Shown: positions 48,147-60,675 of the stretch, in pieces
How positions within the stretch are numbered: the first letter of the stretch is position 1
Layout of the letters: each line of letters opens with the position of its first letter
NCBI RefSeq assembly: GCF_030684315.1
Contig: NC_081400.1
Span: 3,651,795 to 3,715,794, forward strand
Direction of reading: 5' to 3'
DNA: 64,000 bases
Origin: Stegostoma tigrinum
Lineage: Eukaryota
Notes under the pieces: model-generated
Databases searched by the model: none
What the model was told of the DNA's origin: nothing
Seen by the model: only the letters and a program-made list of their open reading frames with translations
Position numbers and translations under genes: made by a program

Positions 48147-51100
48147 CTGGGGAGGAAGAGAGACAAAGACAGCCATGAGGCAGGTGTGCGAAAGAGAGAG
48201 AGGGGGGNNNNNNNNNNNNNNNNNNNNNNNNNNNNNNNNNNNNNNNNNNNNNNNNNNNNNNNNNNNNNNNNNNNNNNNNNNNNNNNNNNNNNNNNNNNNN
48301 NNNNNNNNNNNNNNNNNNNNNNNNNNNNNNNNNNNNNNNNNNNNNNNNNNNNNNNNNNNNNNNNNNNNNNNNNNNNNNNNNNNNNNNNNNNNNNNNNNNN
48401 NNNNNNNNNNNNNNNNNNNNNNNNNNNNNNNNNNNNNNNNNNNNNNNNNNNNNNNNNNNNNNNNNNNNNNNNNNNNNNNNNNNNNNNNNNNNNNNNNNNN
48501 NNNNNNNNNNNNNNNNNNNNNNNNNNNNNNNNNNNNNNNNNNNNNNNNNNNNNNNNNNNNNNNNNNNNNNNNNNNNNNNNNNNNNNNNNNNNNNNNNNNN
48601 NNNNNNNNNNNNNNNNNNNNNNNNNNNNNNNNNNNNNNNNNNNNNNNNNNNNNNNNNNNNNNNNNNNNNNNNNNNNNNNNNNNNNNNNNNNNNNNNNNNN
48701 NNNNNNNNNNNNNNNNNNNNNNNNNAGGGAAAGAGAGATTGAGAAAGAAAGAGAAAGACAGAGCAAGAGATAGATACAGAGAGACAGAACCAGAAAGAGA
48801 GAGTGAGAGAGAGAGAGAGAAAGAAGAAAGAAGAGAGAAAAAGAAGGGAGAGAGGGAGAGAGAGAGAGAGGAGAAAGAGAAAGAGGTCATCAGTTGCTGG
48901 CCTGGCTTGGACAGAGTCTTGGCAGAGTGGCCAGTTCCACACATGGGCGCCATTCTTCCTGTCAACCCAGCCCTACACAAGTGCCCCCCGCAACACACCT
49001 CCCTGCAACCCCCCACAACACACAACCCCCCCCCCACACACACACGTGTTCCCTGACAAATGCTCACATACACACGCATGCCCCCACACTGACATGCCCC
49101 CACACTATCCCGAGACTCACCGATGTAGTCAAAGCAGCCAGGAGCCAGGCGCTCTGGGAGGTGGGAAGCAAACAGGAAGCATGTGAGGAAGGCAAAGACC
49201 AGGTGATGGTAATGTGTGGGTACAGCGTCATTATGACTACAATCCTCACCCCAACAAAGTAGGATCTGTGGGGGAGATGGAGAGACAGGGAGGGAGAGAA
49301 GCAGGATTAATTAGCAAATCTCCATCATTCTCTCTTACTTCCTTGTGAAGGCAAACCTTCTGTTTCAAATACCCCCATCCACTCCACCCCTACCCTCTCT
49401 CTCCCACTGTCCCTCCCCTCTCCCACCTCCATTCTGTCCCCTCTCACACTCCTCGTCTCTCTCTGTCTAGACCCTCCCCCTCATGCTCCTCCCTCCTCCA
49501 TACCCTGCTCCACCCCTACCTCTCTCCCCTACCCTCCCTCCCCCAGCACCCTCTTTTTCCCCATCCCTATCCATCCCACACCCTGCCCCTCTATTCCTCC
49601 CCTGCCACCCCTCTTCCACCGCCACCCCTGGTCTCTCCTTCCTGCATGCAAAACCGCTCCCCTCTGGATTTATCCCTCCTCCCCCATTCCCCGTGTAACC
49701 ACATAGAAAATCTTATGTAAACATGTCACGCTGCAGTTACACCCTCCCAGCCAGCAGAGGCACAGTTGTGACTCCCAGCGTGTGTCGTTGAGACTTCCTA
49801 GCCACTTCTGCCTGCCTTTCATTTAACAGGCGTTGACATTGGCTGTCAGACATGCTTAAACACACGCGCACAAAGATGGGGGCTGTAAGCTTTCGGAAAA
49901 GAATACTTTATTTTTATTTTCGGACAAGAATACTTTATTCCTCTAAGTCCCATCCAGTTAGTTAGCTGTTTCCTTACCCTGTAGAATAGTGGGATATTGT
50001 CAAACAGAAACGGGTAGCTAAATGCTGTTATCCGCAGTGCTTTGCTCAGTTTAGGCTGTTCGATCTCCAGGAACCTGGAAGCATACAAAAACACCCAACC
50101 AGAAAGACGTTGGAGGCTGTAGATTTCCAAACAGCTCTCTCTCCAGACTGTAATCCTACTCGAAGCGGTACTGCACGGTTCACTCGGAGTGGCCCCTGGA
50201 TCTACTTCCTCCAAGCCCTGGAGGGTCCTGATGCCTCTCACTGGGCCCTTGAGGCCTGTTCCAGGCATTGATCCCAGAGCCCGGTCTGAGAGGCACACCT
50301 GGTCCAGGTGCATCTCCTGGGTCCTAGAGCCTAGTAGGGGGCCTCTTTCAGGACATGGGGCCTGTGTCACCCAGGTCCGTTTACTCAGGCCCTGAAGTCT
50401 GGTTTGGGCATGTGTCACTCAGGGCCTGGTCCTCATCCCAGAGCCTCTCCTGGCTCCTAAGGCCTGGTGAGAGATTGTCTTTCAAACTGTGGGGCCCGGT
50501 CCTAGAGCTCTCCTGGGGCCCGAAATCCAGGCCCTCGTCAGGGAGTGTCCCTCAGGCCCTGAGGCCTGGTGCATCTCCTGGATCGTAAAGCCCGATAGGG
50601 GAGTGTCCTTCAGATCACGGGGCCTGGTCTGGACACATCTCCCAGGTCCTGGGGCCTGTCACTGTCGTAGAGTCAGACAGCATGGAAATAGAGTCTTCAG
50701 TCCACACCAACCACAATCCCAAACTAAACTAGTCCCACTTGCCTGTGCTTGGCCCAAATTCCTCCAAACCATTCCCATTCACATACTTATTGCTAGAGTC
50801 TTTTAAATGCCTTTACTGTACCTACATCCACCACTTTCTCTGAAAGTTCATTCCATACACGAACAACTCTCTGTGTCGAGACATGTCCTTTTTAAAATCT
50901 TTCTCCTCTCACCTTAAAAATATGTCCCCTAGTTTTGAACTCTCTCAGCTGAGGAAAAACACTCCTGCCATTCAGCCTATCTGCACCCCTCATGATCCTC
51001 AATAAGGCCAGCCCATAATCTCCTACACTCCAGTGAAAAATGTCACATCCTGGTAAACCTCTTCTGAACCTTCTCCTGTTTAGTAACATTCTTCCGATAA

Positions 51101-52222
51101 CAGGGCGACCAGAGCAGCACACACTCCTCCTGAAGGGGCTTCAATGTCCTATACAAGACCAGGCCCAGTCTGGGAGTGTCACTCAGGCCCTGAGGTCTGT
51201 TCCTGGTGCATCTCCCAAGTCCTGAAGACTGGCAGCAAGTGCCTTTCAGATCACGGGACCTGGTTCAGTCGAGTCTCCCAGGGCCTGGGGCCTCATCTGG
51301 GTGTGTTTCTCCCGGGGTCCGGTGTTCGATGTGTTATCCGTGGCCTTTTTAAGCTCTTGTCACTGAGGTACTGGGGGCCTAGTCCCAAAATGTTTATCGA
51401 GGCCTGGTTTGAGATTGTCTCTCCTGGCCTGGGGCCTGGTCGGGACACGTCACCTAGGGCCCGGTTGGAGCCTCATCACACCCATGTCATACCTACCTGG
51501 AGTAACAAGAGAGTGTGGTGCAGACCAAGGAGTTGAAGACAGCCACATGGGTGAAGTAGCAGTGGAGGGTGGTGTTAATCCACTGGTCAGGCATGACGTA
51601 GGCCCTGTATGAGACGGCACACCCTGCAGCAGAGAAACCGGGATCAGTGTTGGGACAATTCCCCAGGATCCAGACGAAACCACCCCACCGCGCCCAACCC
51701 CCCAACTTCCCGGAAAGGTTTTAAACTGCGGCCCGGCACAGGCCGGAAGCGAAGCCTGGGCCTTTCCGCGCTCTGGGCCTCCAACCCGGCACCACAGCAT
51801 TAGTCTCCTCAGCCTGGCTTCCCACAGGGCACGGGGATAAATTCCGCTCTCCGTCCTCCACAAGTCACCAGCGAAATAAGCAATGGTTCCTCTGTTTAAA
51901 CAGGCTAAACGCACACTTCCTTCTTCCAGAGGCTTGCTGGCAAGGTTACATTGTGGATAAAGACAAAGGGAGCAGTTTGCCCACTGGAAAATTAATTCTG
52001 CACGCAATAACAAAATGGTGAATCAGTTCTTTATCCCCACATACAATGCCTCTGTCTCTCTCTCTCTCTCTCAGTCAGGCTTATTTGACTTAAAGCCACA
52101 CAGGGCCAGCTGGCATACCCTGCCCAGCACCATAAGGGACCTGACAGCTCCCAACAGCATTAGATCTCGGGCTGGTACCACTCATTTGCAAACCTCGAGT
52201 GGACTGGGGAGGTGTGGGATAG

Positions 52223-52273
<51 letters not shown>

Positions 52274-55200
52274 AGCGCGTAGGCCACATTCCGGGCTCTA
52301 GGCATCTTGGGGAGGAGCTCTCTGCTCTCCTCTCACTGAGCCCTCTTGGGTTTTTCATCGCTCCACCATTGTCAGCTTTGCTGCCCCAAGCACTGAGCTC
52401 TCTATACCTCTGCCTCCTTATCTCCACCCCTCCTTCTTCTCCTCTTTGTCTCTCTCTCTCTCTCCACTTACACCCGGCTGCCTCTCTCCCACTCCCAATC
52501 GCACATTCTACGCCTTCCTGTCCCCTCTCCCCTCCCTGACCTTCTATTCCTCTATCTCGCTCTTCCCTCTCCTTCCATCTCACCCTCCTCCCTCTGTCCA
52601 CATCTCCCTCCATCTCTCTCTCTTCCCGCTTTTGTCTGCCTCCCCCTCTCCCTCTCAGAGTCGTACAGCACGGAAACCGACCCTCGTGCCGACCTTAATC
52701 TAAAACTAGCCTAGCTCCACCTGCCACCTTCCTGGCCCGGAACCCTCCAAACCCTTCCCAATCACAAGCTCATCCGAATGTCATCTCAACTTTGTACCCA
52801 CAAGACTTCCTCTGGAAGTTCATTCCACACACAACCTACTCTCTGCATAAAACAAAATTGTCCCTCATGTCTTTTTGACAATCTATCTCCTGTCACCTAA
52901 AAATATGCCCTCAGTCTTGAAATTGCCCCACTCTAGGAAAAAGACACCAGCCATTCACCTTATCTATACCCCTCAGGATTTTATAAACCTCTATAAGCTC
53001 ACCTCTCAACTTCCTACACTGCAGTGAAAGAAGTCCCAGTCTATCCCACCTCCCCTTATAACTCAACCCCTCCAATCCTGGCAACATCCTGGACCCTCCC
53101 TAGCTTCATAATATCCTTCCTCTAACCAGCCTCCTCATCCATCTGTCTCTCCCTTCCATCTTTTTCTCCCATTGTCCACCAGACGGTAAACAAGAGGGAA
53201 GCCAGATACAGATGGAATCAGAGGGAGGCAGTGGGAGAGGGAGGAGAAAACGGGGGGGCGGGGGGGGAAGACGGGGAAGGAAAGTAGAAGGTGAAGAAGG
53301 GAGGGAGATGCTGGGGGGGGGGGACAGAGGGAAACAAGCAGGAGTTTCTCTCTCATTGTCCCGTGGAGGTTGGAGAGGACCTCGGTCGGGCCTCTCCTGG
53401 AGCACTGTGCAATGTTCTCACCGCCCCATTACATGAGGTCATTCCCAAACTGGAGAGGGTTCAGCAGAGATTTTGCAGGATATTGCCAGGAAATGGAGAG
53501 GCTGGGGCTTTTCTCGCTACAGCGTAGGATGTTGAGCAGCGACCTTATACAGGTTTAAATGGACAGGGTGTCTTTTCCCTAGCGTTGAGGCGTTTCAAGA
53601 CCAGGGGGCATACTTTTAAGACGAGAGGAGAGAGATTTAAAAAGGACATCGGAGACAACTTTTTGAAAACAAAATCACAAAGTGTGTTGAACGAACTTCG
53701 AGAGGAAGTGGTGGAAGGGTGCAGTTACAACGTTTAAAAGACTTTTGGATGAGTACATGAGTAGGAAAGGTTTGGAGGGATATTGGCCAGGAGCAGGCAG
53801 CTGGGACTAGTTTAGTTTGGGATTATGGTTGGCGCATCTCCATGTGGTCTATCTCCATGTGCGCACAACACACACCCCGCTCCACCCCCCCCCCCCCCCC
53901 CCCCCCAGCCGTCACAGCACCCCCGACACGCCAGAAGCGCCAAACTGAGTGACAAGTGTTCTCCCCACGATGAGTCCGGGCACGCACCGAGGCCGGGATA
54001 CGCTGGGTCGACAGCAGGGGCGAGGGAGAGCAACCGTACCCAGGCTGTAGAGGCTGAGGGCACCGTAGTCAAGGAAGTAGCAGATGTGTCGGACGTGAGC
54101 CGACATGGTGCTGAAGGTGTGGGCGCAGCTGGAAATGAAGGGGTACAGGCAGATGACCAACATGTAGACCAACAGCGGCCAGGCGTAAGCCTCGTTATAG
54201 AAGTCCATAGAGTGCGACAGGACCAGGAACCTCCATAGAAAATACCTGCAGCAAGGCAGGAAGACAACCATGAGGGCCAGATACACAGCAATCCTTTCCA
54301 CTGTCATTAATCTCCCAAAGGCACTATGCACAGTCAACATCACCAGTACCTCAGCTTAGGGGCAGAAAGGAAGCAGCAACAGCATTAAACCTCAAGCCGA
54401 GGGAACGTTGCTGGGCCAGTAATCCAGAAACCCACCACCAATAGTCCCAACCCGACAAGCACTGGGTTCAAAGCCCACCATGCACCCCGTTACGTGACAA
54501 TCAAGATATAACTGCATTCCAGCGCAATCCAAACGCACTAAATTGGCCAAATCCAGGGATTGGAGATGAGGAGTCACCGGTTTTCGTGACAACGTGCATG
54601 GGTTGAGGGATTAGGGAAACACACCCATCCGTACCCGGTCCGAACCCACACGTGACTCCAGGCCCAACCCGGGGCTGACTCCTAACAGAAGGCCCCAGTT
54701 CATCACGTTTAGTGTCATAGGGTCCCGCAGCACGGAAAGAGGCCGTTCGGCCCGCTACATCCGCTCCAGTGATCAAAGCAGCTCTCCATGCTATCCCATC
54801 CCCCCATCAGCTCACAGCCCAGTATGCTGTAATTTTTTTTTGGTTCAAGTGCTCAGCTCAATTTTTTTTCCTAATGTAGTTCAGATTCCCACCAACCTCT
54901 TGATGATAATGGCCTAATGTTATTATCGCTGAGCTGTTAATCCAGGAAACCCAGATAACATTCTGGGGACCTGGGTTCGAATCCTGCCACGGCACATGAT
55001 GGAATTTGAATTCAATAAAATATCTGGAATTAAGAGTCTAATGCTGACCATGAATCCATTGTTAATTGTCAGGAAAAAAACCCAGCTAGTTCACTTATGT
55101 CCTACAGGGAATGTCCTTTGCCTGGTCTGGTCTATATGTGACTCCAGACTCACAGCAATGTGGTTGACTCGGAACTGCCCTCTGGGCAATTACAGATGGG

Positions 55201-58200
55201 CAATAAATGCTGTCCAGCCAGCGACGTCCTCATCCCACTAATGTCCCCTCTAAGTCTCCTGCTCCTCCAGTGCCCCCCCCCCACCCCATTTACAGACCGA
55301 GGAAGGGATTTTCTCTATCTCTGCCCCACAGAGGGGCTGTACACCTCTGTCAGGTCCTCTCACACCCAGAACTGTTCCAAGGAAGGATCACCGGGCTTGA
55401 AACATTAACTCTGATTTTAGTCTTTTCTTCACAGATGCTGCCTTGGGGAAATCCCGTCTGCACCCTCCCTGCAGAGCGATCACGGTCTTCCTACAGTGTG
55501 GAGCTGCACTCAACAGTCCAACAGTAGCCTGAACTAATGTTATACACAGCCCTACCACAAACTCCCCTCTCTTGTTCTACACAGCTCCTTGAAAGGTGAG
55601 GAAAGCATTTTACGCACTTGTAGTTGTCGGTCAACGCTTTGAGAACTGCTGGGCTTTTCCAACGACTTTGTTTCCGTCTTCGAGTGTGGGAGTCGGGATG
55701 CGCGCTCTGTACAGGACATTGCCACAGGCTCATTTGGAATACCGCGTACAGTTCTGCTGTAAGAAGGGTGTTATTAAACTGGAAAGGGTGCAACGAAGGA
55801 TTTTTGAGGATGTTACCGAAACTGGAGGGTTTGAGTTATAAGGAGAGCCTGGAGCATATTCTTCCCTGGGAGAGTGAATCTTATAGAGGTTTATCACATT
55901 ACGGGGTCATGGATGGGGTGAATAGCAGAGGTCTGTGAGCCTTTTAGAACTACATCTCACTCCTTCTTGAAAACATTCAATGTTCCGGCCCCGACCGCTT
56001 TCCATGGCAGAGAATTCCACAGGCCACCTCCCCACTCTGAGACATTTCTCTTCATCTCAGTCCAACCCTGTCTCCTTTAAACCGTGACCTCCCCCCGTTC
56101 CCGGATCTGGACTCTTTCCTCCCATTTCCACCCCAATCATCAGGAATATCCTTCCTGCCTTTAACCCTGTCTAGTCCCACTAGGATTTTATAGGCTTCTA
56201 TGAGCTCTCCACCCTCATTCTCCCTAAATGGGGCGGCGATTCCAACCTCGGGTGACTGTCTGTGTGGAGTTTGCACATTCTCCCCGTGTCTGCGTGGGTT
56301 TCCTCCGGGTGCTCCGGTGTCCTCCCACAGTCCAAAGATGTGCAGGCGAGGTGGATTGGCCATGCTAAATTGTCCATAGTGTTCAGGGATGTGTGGGTTA
56401 TAGGGGGATGGGTCTGGATGGGATGTTCCAAAGGTCAGTGTGGACCTGTTGGTCCGAAGGGCCTGTTTCCACACTGTAGGGATTCTATGATAAACTCAAG
56501 TGAAAACAGGCACAAGTCACAGAATACAATTCTGGTCGCCCTACTGAAGGATAGATTTTATTAAACTGGAAAGGGTACAACAAAGAATTTACGAAGGTGT
56601 TACCGAGATTGGAGGGTTTAACCCCGTAAGGGGAGGCTAGGAATCTTTTCCCTGGTGTATCGGAGACCGAGGGGTAACTTCATAGAAAGTTATAAAATCC
56701 TGAACGGCATAGAAAAAGTGAATGGCCAAGGTCCTTTTCCAAATGTAGGAGATAGAGGGCACAGGTTTAAGGTGAGAAGGGAAAGATTTGAAAGGGAAGG
56801 TGGGTCTGCTCCTACCATTTTTAAATCTTTCACCTCTCACCTGAAAAACATGCCCCTAGTCTTAAAATACCCCACCCTAGGGAAAGAAGATGCCTGCCAT
56901 TCACCTTATTTACACCCCTCATTATTTTATAAACCTCTCAACCTCCTACACTCCAGGGAAAAGTGTCCCAGCCTATCCGGCCGCTCCTTATAACTCAAAC
57001 CCTCCATTCCGGCAACGTCCTGGTAAATTTTTGCCGAACCCTCTCCAGTTCAATAATATCCTTCCCATAACTGGGAGACAAGAACTGCACACGGCACTCC
57101 AGGAGAGGCCTCAACAACATCCCTGTACAACCTTAACATAATAACTCATACACTCAAAAGGTCTGAGCAATGAAGGCTAGTGTGCCAAACATCGTCTTAA
57201 CCCATCTGTCTACCAGTCAGGCAAGATTCAAAGAATTATGTACCTGAATCCCTAGGTCTCTCTGTTCTACAGCACTACCCAAGGCCCTACTTTTCATTGT
57301 ATAAAATCTTGCCTTTATTTGTTTTTCCAGGGCCCATCCTCCCAAATTAAACTTATTTATTTCTTTCCCTAGAGTAGGTGAGTGAGACAATAGGAACACG
57401 GCAAAAAGCAGGAGTTTGCCATTCGGCCCTTTTGAGCCTAAACTGTCTTTCAATTCTCTCAAAGCTGATCATCGTACTCAGGACCCTGTTCCCTGCTTTC
57501 TCCCCTTCAGAACTACATGTAAGTCCTTCTGCGGAGAGAGTGGCCATGGGGTATAAAGCAGAGAAGCTTTGAATCAATACAGGAGAGGGGGGCAGGGAGA
57601 GAAGAGACAGAGGGGCACAGAGAGAGAGAGAAAGACAGAGACACAGAGGGGGGGCAGAGAGAGAGAGAGAGAGATGAGGGGGGCACAGAGAGNNNNNNNN
57701 NNNNNNNNNNNNNNNNNNNNNNNNNNNNNNNNNNNNNNNNNNNNNNNNNNNNNNNNNNNNNNNNNNNNNNNNNNNNNNNNNNNNNNNNNNNNNNNNNNNN
57801 NNNNNNNNNNNNNNNNNNNNNNNNNNNNNNNNNNNNNNNNNNNNNNNNNNNNNNNNNNNNNNNNNNNNNNNNNNNNNNNNNNNNNNNNNNNNNNNNNNNN
57901 NNNNNNNNNNNNNNNNNNNNNNNNNNNNNNNNNNNNNNNNNNNNNNNNNNNNNNNNNNNNNNNNNNNNNNNNNNNNNNNNNNNNNNNNNNNNNNNNNNNN
58001 NNNNNNNNNNNNNNNNNNNNNNNNNNNNNNNNNNNNNNNNNNNNNNNNNNNNNTCAGAGACACAGAGGGGCACAGAAGCAGAGAGAGACAGAGACAGAGA
58101 CAGAGACACAGAGCAGGGCAGAGAGAAAGAGACAGAGACACAGAGAGGGGTAGAGAGCGGGAGAGAGACAGAGACAGGTGGAGAGAGAGAGAGAGAGACA

Positions 58201-58268
58201 GACTCACAGAGCAGGGGGCAGACAGTGAGAGAGACAGAGAGGAGCAGAGACAGAAGGAGGGTCGGGGC

Positions 58269-58299
<31 letters not shown>

Positions 58300-59591
58300 C
58301 AGACGGACACTGGGGGGGGAGCAGAGACAGAGGCAGGGCAGGGGAAATGGAGGAGGCTGGTGTACAGCAGAAATACCAGTCTAGAGCAGAGGGGTTGCAA
58401 ATGGTCTCTTTCTTGCAGTTGATACCGTTATAAGGAATTGACTGTAATAATGGTGTCCTAGCACCCTCTGGACCCCAGCTCCCTTGCCACCCAGCCCAGG
58501 CAGATCGCAGCTTACCATGTTGGGAGAAAATGCGTCCAAATGTTCACGGTCTCATTTGTCATCTGAAAGCTGCTGAGAAGGCAGTCCAGGGCCGAGCTCC
58601 TCGGGTGGCGGTAGCCGGAGATAATCCCATCTTCCCGGAATACCTGCACAGGCCAGGAACGGAGCGACGGTGAACGTGCATTTTGGTAGCACCTTCCAAG
58701 CCACCTCAAAGCTTCCCGAAGCCCTCAGTGACCAATGGCCCTGGTCGACGTCCCACTGCGAGAATCGTGGGAGCCGCCTGGCCCCCAGCAAGATCCCACG
58801 GATTGCAGCAGACCGACCCAGAGTGCCACACGCTGGTCGAGGGATAAAAATTGGCACCGTGTTGGAGTGAACTCCTTCCTCCTCCAACGAAGCTCCCTGG
58901 CACATGCCCAAAACCTTCTCTTATGCCAACAGTAATCCTAGGGCCTTGTCCATCTACCTAGTGAGCAGAGTTAACAAGGTGCAGAGCTTGATGAACACAG
59001 CAGGCCAAGCAGCATCAGAGGAGCAGGAAGGCTGACGTTTCGGGCCTAGACCCTTCATCAGGAAAATGAAGGGTCTAGGCCCGAAACGTCAGCCTTCCTG
59101 CTCCTAAGATGCTGCTTGGCCTGCTGTGTTCATCCAGCTCTCCACCTTGTTATCTCGGATTCTCCAGCATCTCTCTACCTGGAGTGAGCAGCCTGCTCTA
59201 CACCTATCCCGCCCCCCCAGTGGCCACCGTCTGGAACTACACTGTGACATTTCACCAGCAAAGCCTAATGGGAAATGTTGTCATAGCCACTTAACGCACT
59301 TAACAAGCCCTTAGGGGTATATGTGCACAGACATACAAGCTACCCAACGCTGGGGCTTTCTTTAATCCACACAGTGGCCGCACCACTTTGACTGAACTCT
59401 TGAAGAGTCATACAGAGCTGGAAACTGGAAACGTCAACTCTTCCTCTCACACGCTCGCTCTCTGCGGATCCCGCCAGCGCTGCTGAGAGTTTTCCACTGG
59501 AATCCCTTAGCTCTGAGGATTTCAGAGAGATCGGACTTACCCTGGGGACTTGGTGATTGCTTAAAAGCTGCGGCAATTTCACCGACAACAT
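47875..59591 (-). CDS. PAQR6: Membrane progestin receptor delta (progestin and adipoQ receptor family member 6), 7 coding exons, 341 aa
   Basis: Exons 59591-59541, 58643-58516, 54245-54040, 51623-51497, 50074-49978, 49265-49121, 48146-47875; GT-AG, in phase, 1026 nt. MLSVKLPQLL..QVPRVFREDGIISGYR..SSALDCLLSSFQMTNETVNIWTHFLPTWYFLWR..AHTFS..ICYFLDYGALSLYSLG..SHLPERLAPG.FDYIGHSHQLFHIC closely matches PAQR6 as I recall it; PAQR5 is the nearest alternative. Confidence 0.92.
48208..48725. other. Assembly gap flanked by (GA)n
   Basis: Run of N. Confidence 1.
49121..49265 (-). CDS. PAQR6: PAQR6 coding exon 6
   Basis: ILLCWGEDCSHNDAVPTHYHHLVFAFLTCFLFASHLPERLAPGCFDYI. Confidence 0.92.
49978..50074 (-). 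CDS. PAQR6: PAQR6 coding exon 5
   Basis: FLEIEQPKLSKALRITAFSYPFLFDNIPLFYR. Confidence 0.92.
50180..51480. repeat. Degenerate GC-rich minisatellite split by a minus-strand CR1 fragment (~50665-51150)
   Basis: Recurrent ggccctgaggcctggtgcatctcc units on both sides of CR1 3' sequence. Confidence 0.7.
51497..51623 (-). CDS. PAQR6: PAQR6 coding exon 4
   Basis: GCAVSYRAYVMPDQWINTTLHCYFTHVAVFNSLVCTTLSCYSR. Confidence 0.9.
52655..53830. mobile_element. Two CR1 3' fragments in opposite orientation (~52655-53130 minus, ~53365-53830 plus)
   Basis: ggaagttcattccacac..cctctataag on the left; ctggagagggttcagcagagattt..gggactagtttagtttgggat on the right. Confidence 0.7.
54040..54245 (-). CDS. PAQR6: PAQR6 coding exon 3
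   Basis: YFLWRFLVLSHSMDFYNEAYAWPLLVYMLVICLYPFISSCAHTFSTMSAHVRHICYFLDYGALSLYSL. Confidence 0.93.
55590..57340. mobile_element. Mosaic of CR1 fragments with an HE1-like SINE (56232-56490, +)
   Basis: HLEYRVQFC..KLERVQRR peptides, SINE core gagtttgcacattctccccg, inverted CR1 pieces meeting near 56800. Confidence 0.7.
57693..58053. other. Assembly gap flanked by (GA/GACA)n
   Basis: Run of N. Confidence 1.
58516..58643 (-). CDS. PAQR6: PAQR6 coding exon 2
   Basis: VFREDGIISGYRHPRSSALDCLLSSFQMTNETVNIWTHFLPTW. Confidence 0.93.
58972..59175. mobile_element. Palindromic Penelope-end element with intact hammerhead core at 59034-59061 (-)
   Basis: ~87-bp inverted arms (58972-59058 / 59066-59152); minus strand reads CTGATGAAGGGTCTAGGCCCGAAACGTC. 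Confidence 0.8.
59541..59591 (-). CDS. PAQR6: PAQR6 coding exon 1
   Basis: MLSVKLPQLLSNHQVPR, donor gtaagt. Confidence 0.92.
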
Positions 59592-60149
59592 CCTCTTCCT
59601 GGGCGAGATGCCGCACTTCCCAGGGACTGGGGCTTAGCCGGATCAGGGGGGTGGGGGTCAACGGAGATCAGCCCGGTTGCCATGCAACCTTCTCCTCCTC
59701 AGCTCCATCGCCCAGTCAGTTACCACCAGCAGGAGGCACACTCCAGAGTTCCTTTGGCCAACAACTATATAGACCACACAGAAATTCCATTCAGAACATT
59801 CCCGGGACATGTTACCCCTTCCATTTGGCAAACTACCCCAAGAGGCTTCAGGCTACTAAGGTGGGGGGAGGGGGTAGCAAAGGTTTGCCAGACTGATTCC
59901 TGGTATGACAGGATTGACGTACAAAGAGACCCTGTGTAGATTCACTGGAGTTTAGGGGAGAATCTCACAGAAATCTACAAATTTCTAACAGAACTGGACA
60001 AGGATTAAGGCAGGAAGGATGTTCCCGATGGGAGTCCCTGTCTAAAGGGTGGGACTAAGATGAGGAGAGCAGGGAGCCCTGTGGAATTCTCCGCCACAGG
60101 AAGTGGTCGGGGCTGGAACGTCAGATGGTTTCAGGAAGGAGTCGGATAC

Positions 60150-60675
60150 CATGAGACCATAAGACATAAGTTTGGAAGCAAGGCCATTTGGCCCATCGAG
60201 TCCACTCCGCCATTTAAATCATGGCCGATGGGCATTTCAATTCCACTTCCCTGCACTCTCCCTGTCACCCTTGATTCCTTGTGAGATCAAGAATTTGTCG
60301 ATCTCTGCCTCGAAGGCATCCAACGTCCCGGCCTCCACTGCACTCTACGGCAATGAATTCCACAAGCCCACCAATCTCTGGCTGAAGAAATGTCATCTCA
60401 TTTCCATTTTAAATTTATCCCCTCTAATTTTAAGGCTGTGCCCAGGGGTCCTAGTCTCCCCGTCTAATGGAAACAACTTCCCACCGTCCATCCTTTCTAA
60501 GCCATACATTATCTTGTAAGTTTCTATTAGATCTCCCCTCAACCTTCTAAACGCTAATGAGTACAATCCCAGGATCCTTAGCTGTTCATCATGCGTTAAA
60601 TCTACCATTCCAGGGATCATCCGTGTGAATCTCCGCTGGTCACGCTCCAGGGCTAGTATGTCCTTCCTGATGCGG
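60150..60675 (-). mobile_element. Young CR1 3' fragment
   Basis: RKDILALERDQRRFTRMIPGM..RGDLIETYKIMYGL..GHSLKIRG. Confidence 0.88.

Noticed and set aside
47750-49103. Long ORFs spanning N runs (also 16267-16912 and 57353-58400)
   Set aside because: Their length comes from assembly gaps and GA/CA repeats; only the PAQR6 exon 7 portion is real.
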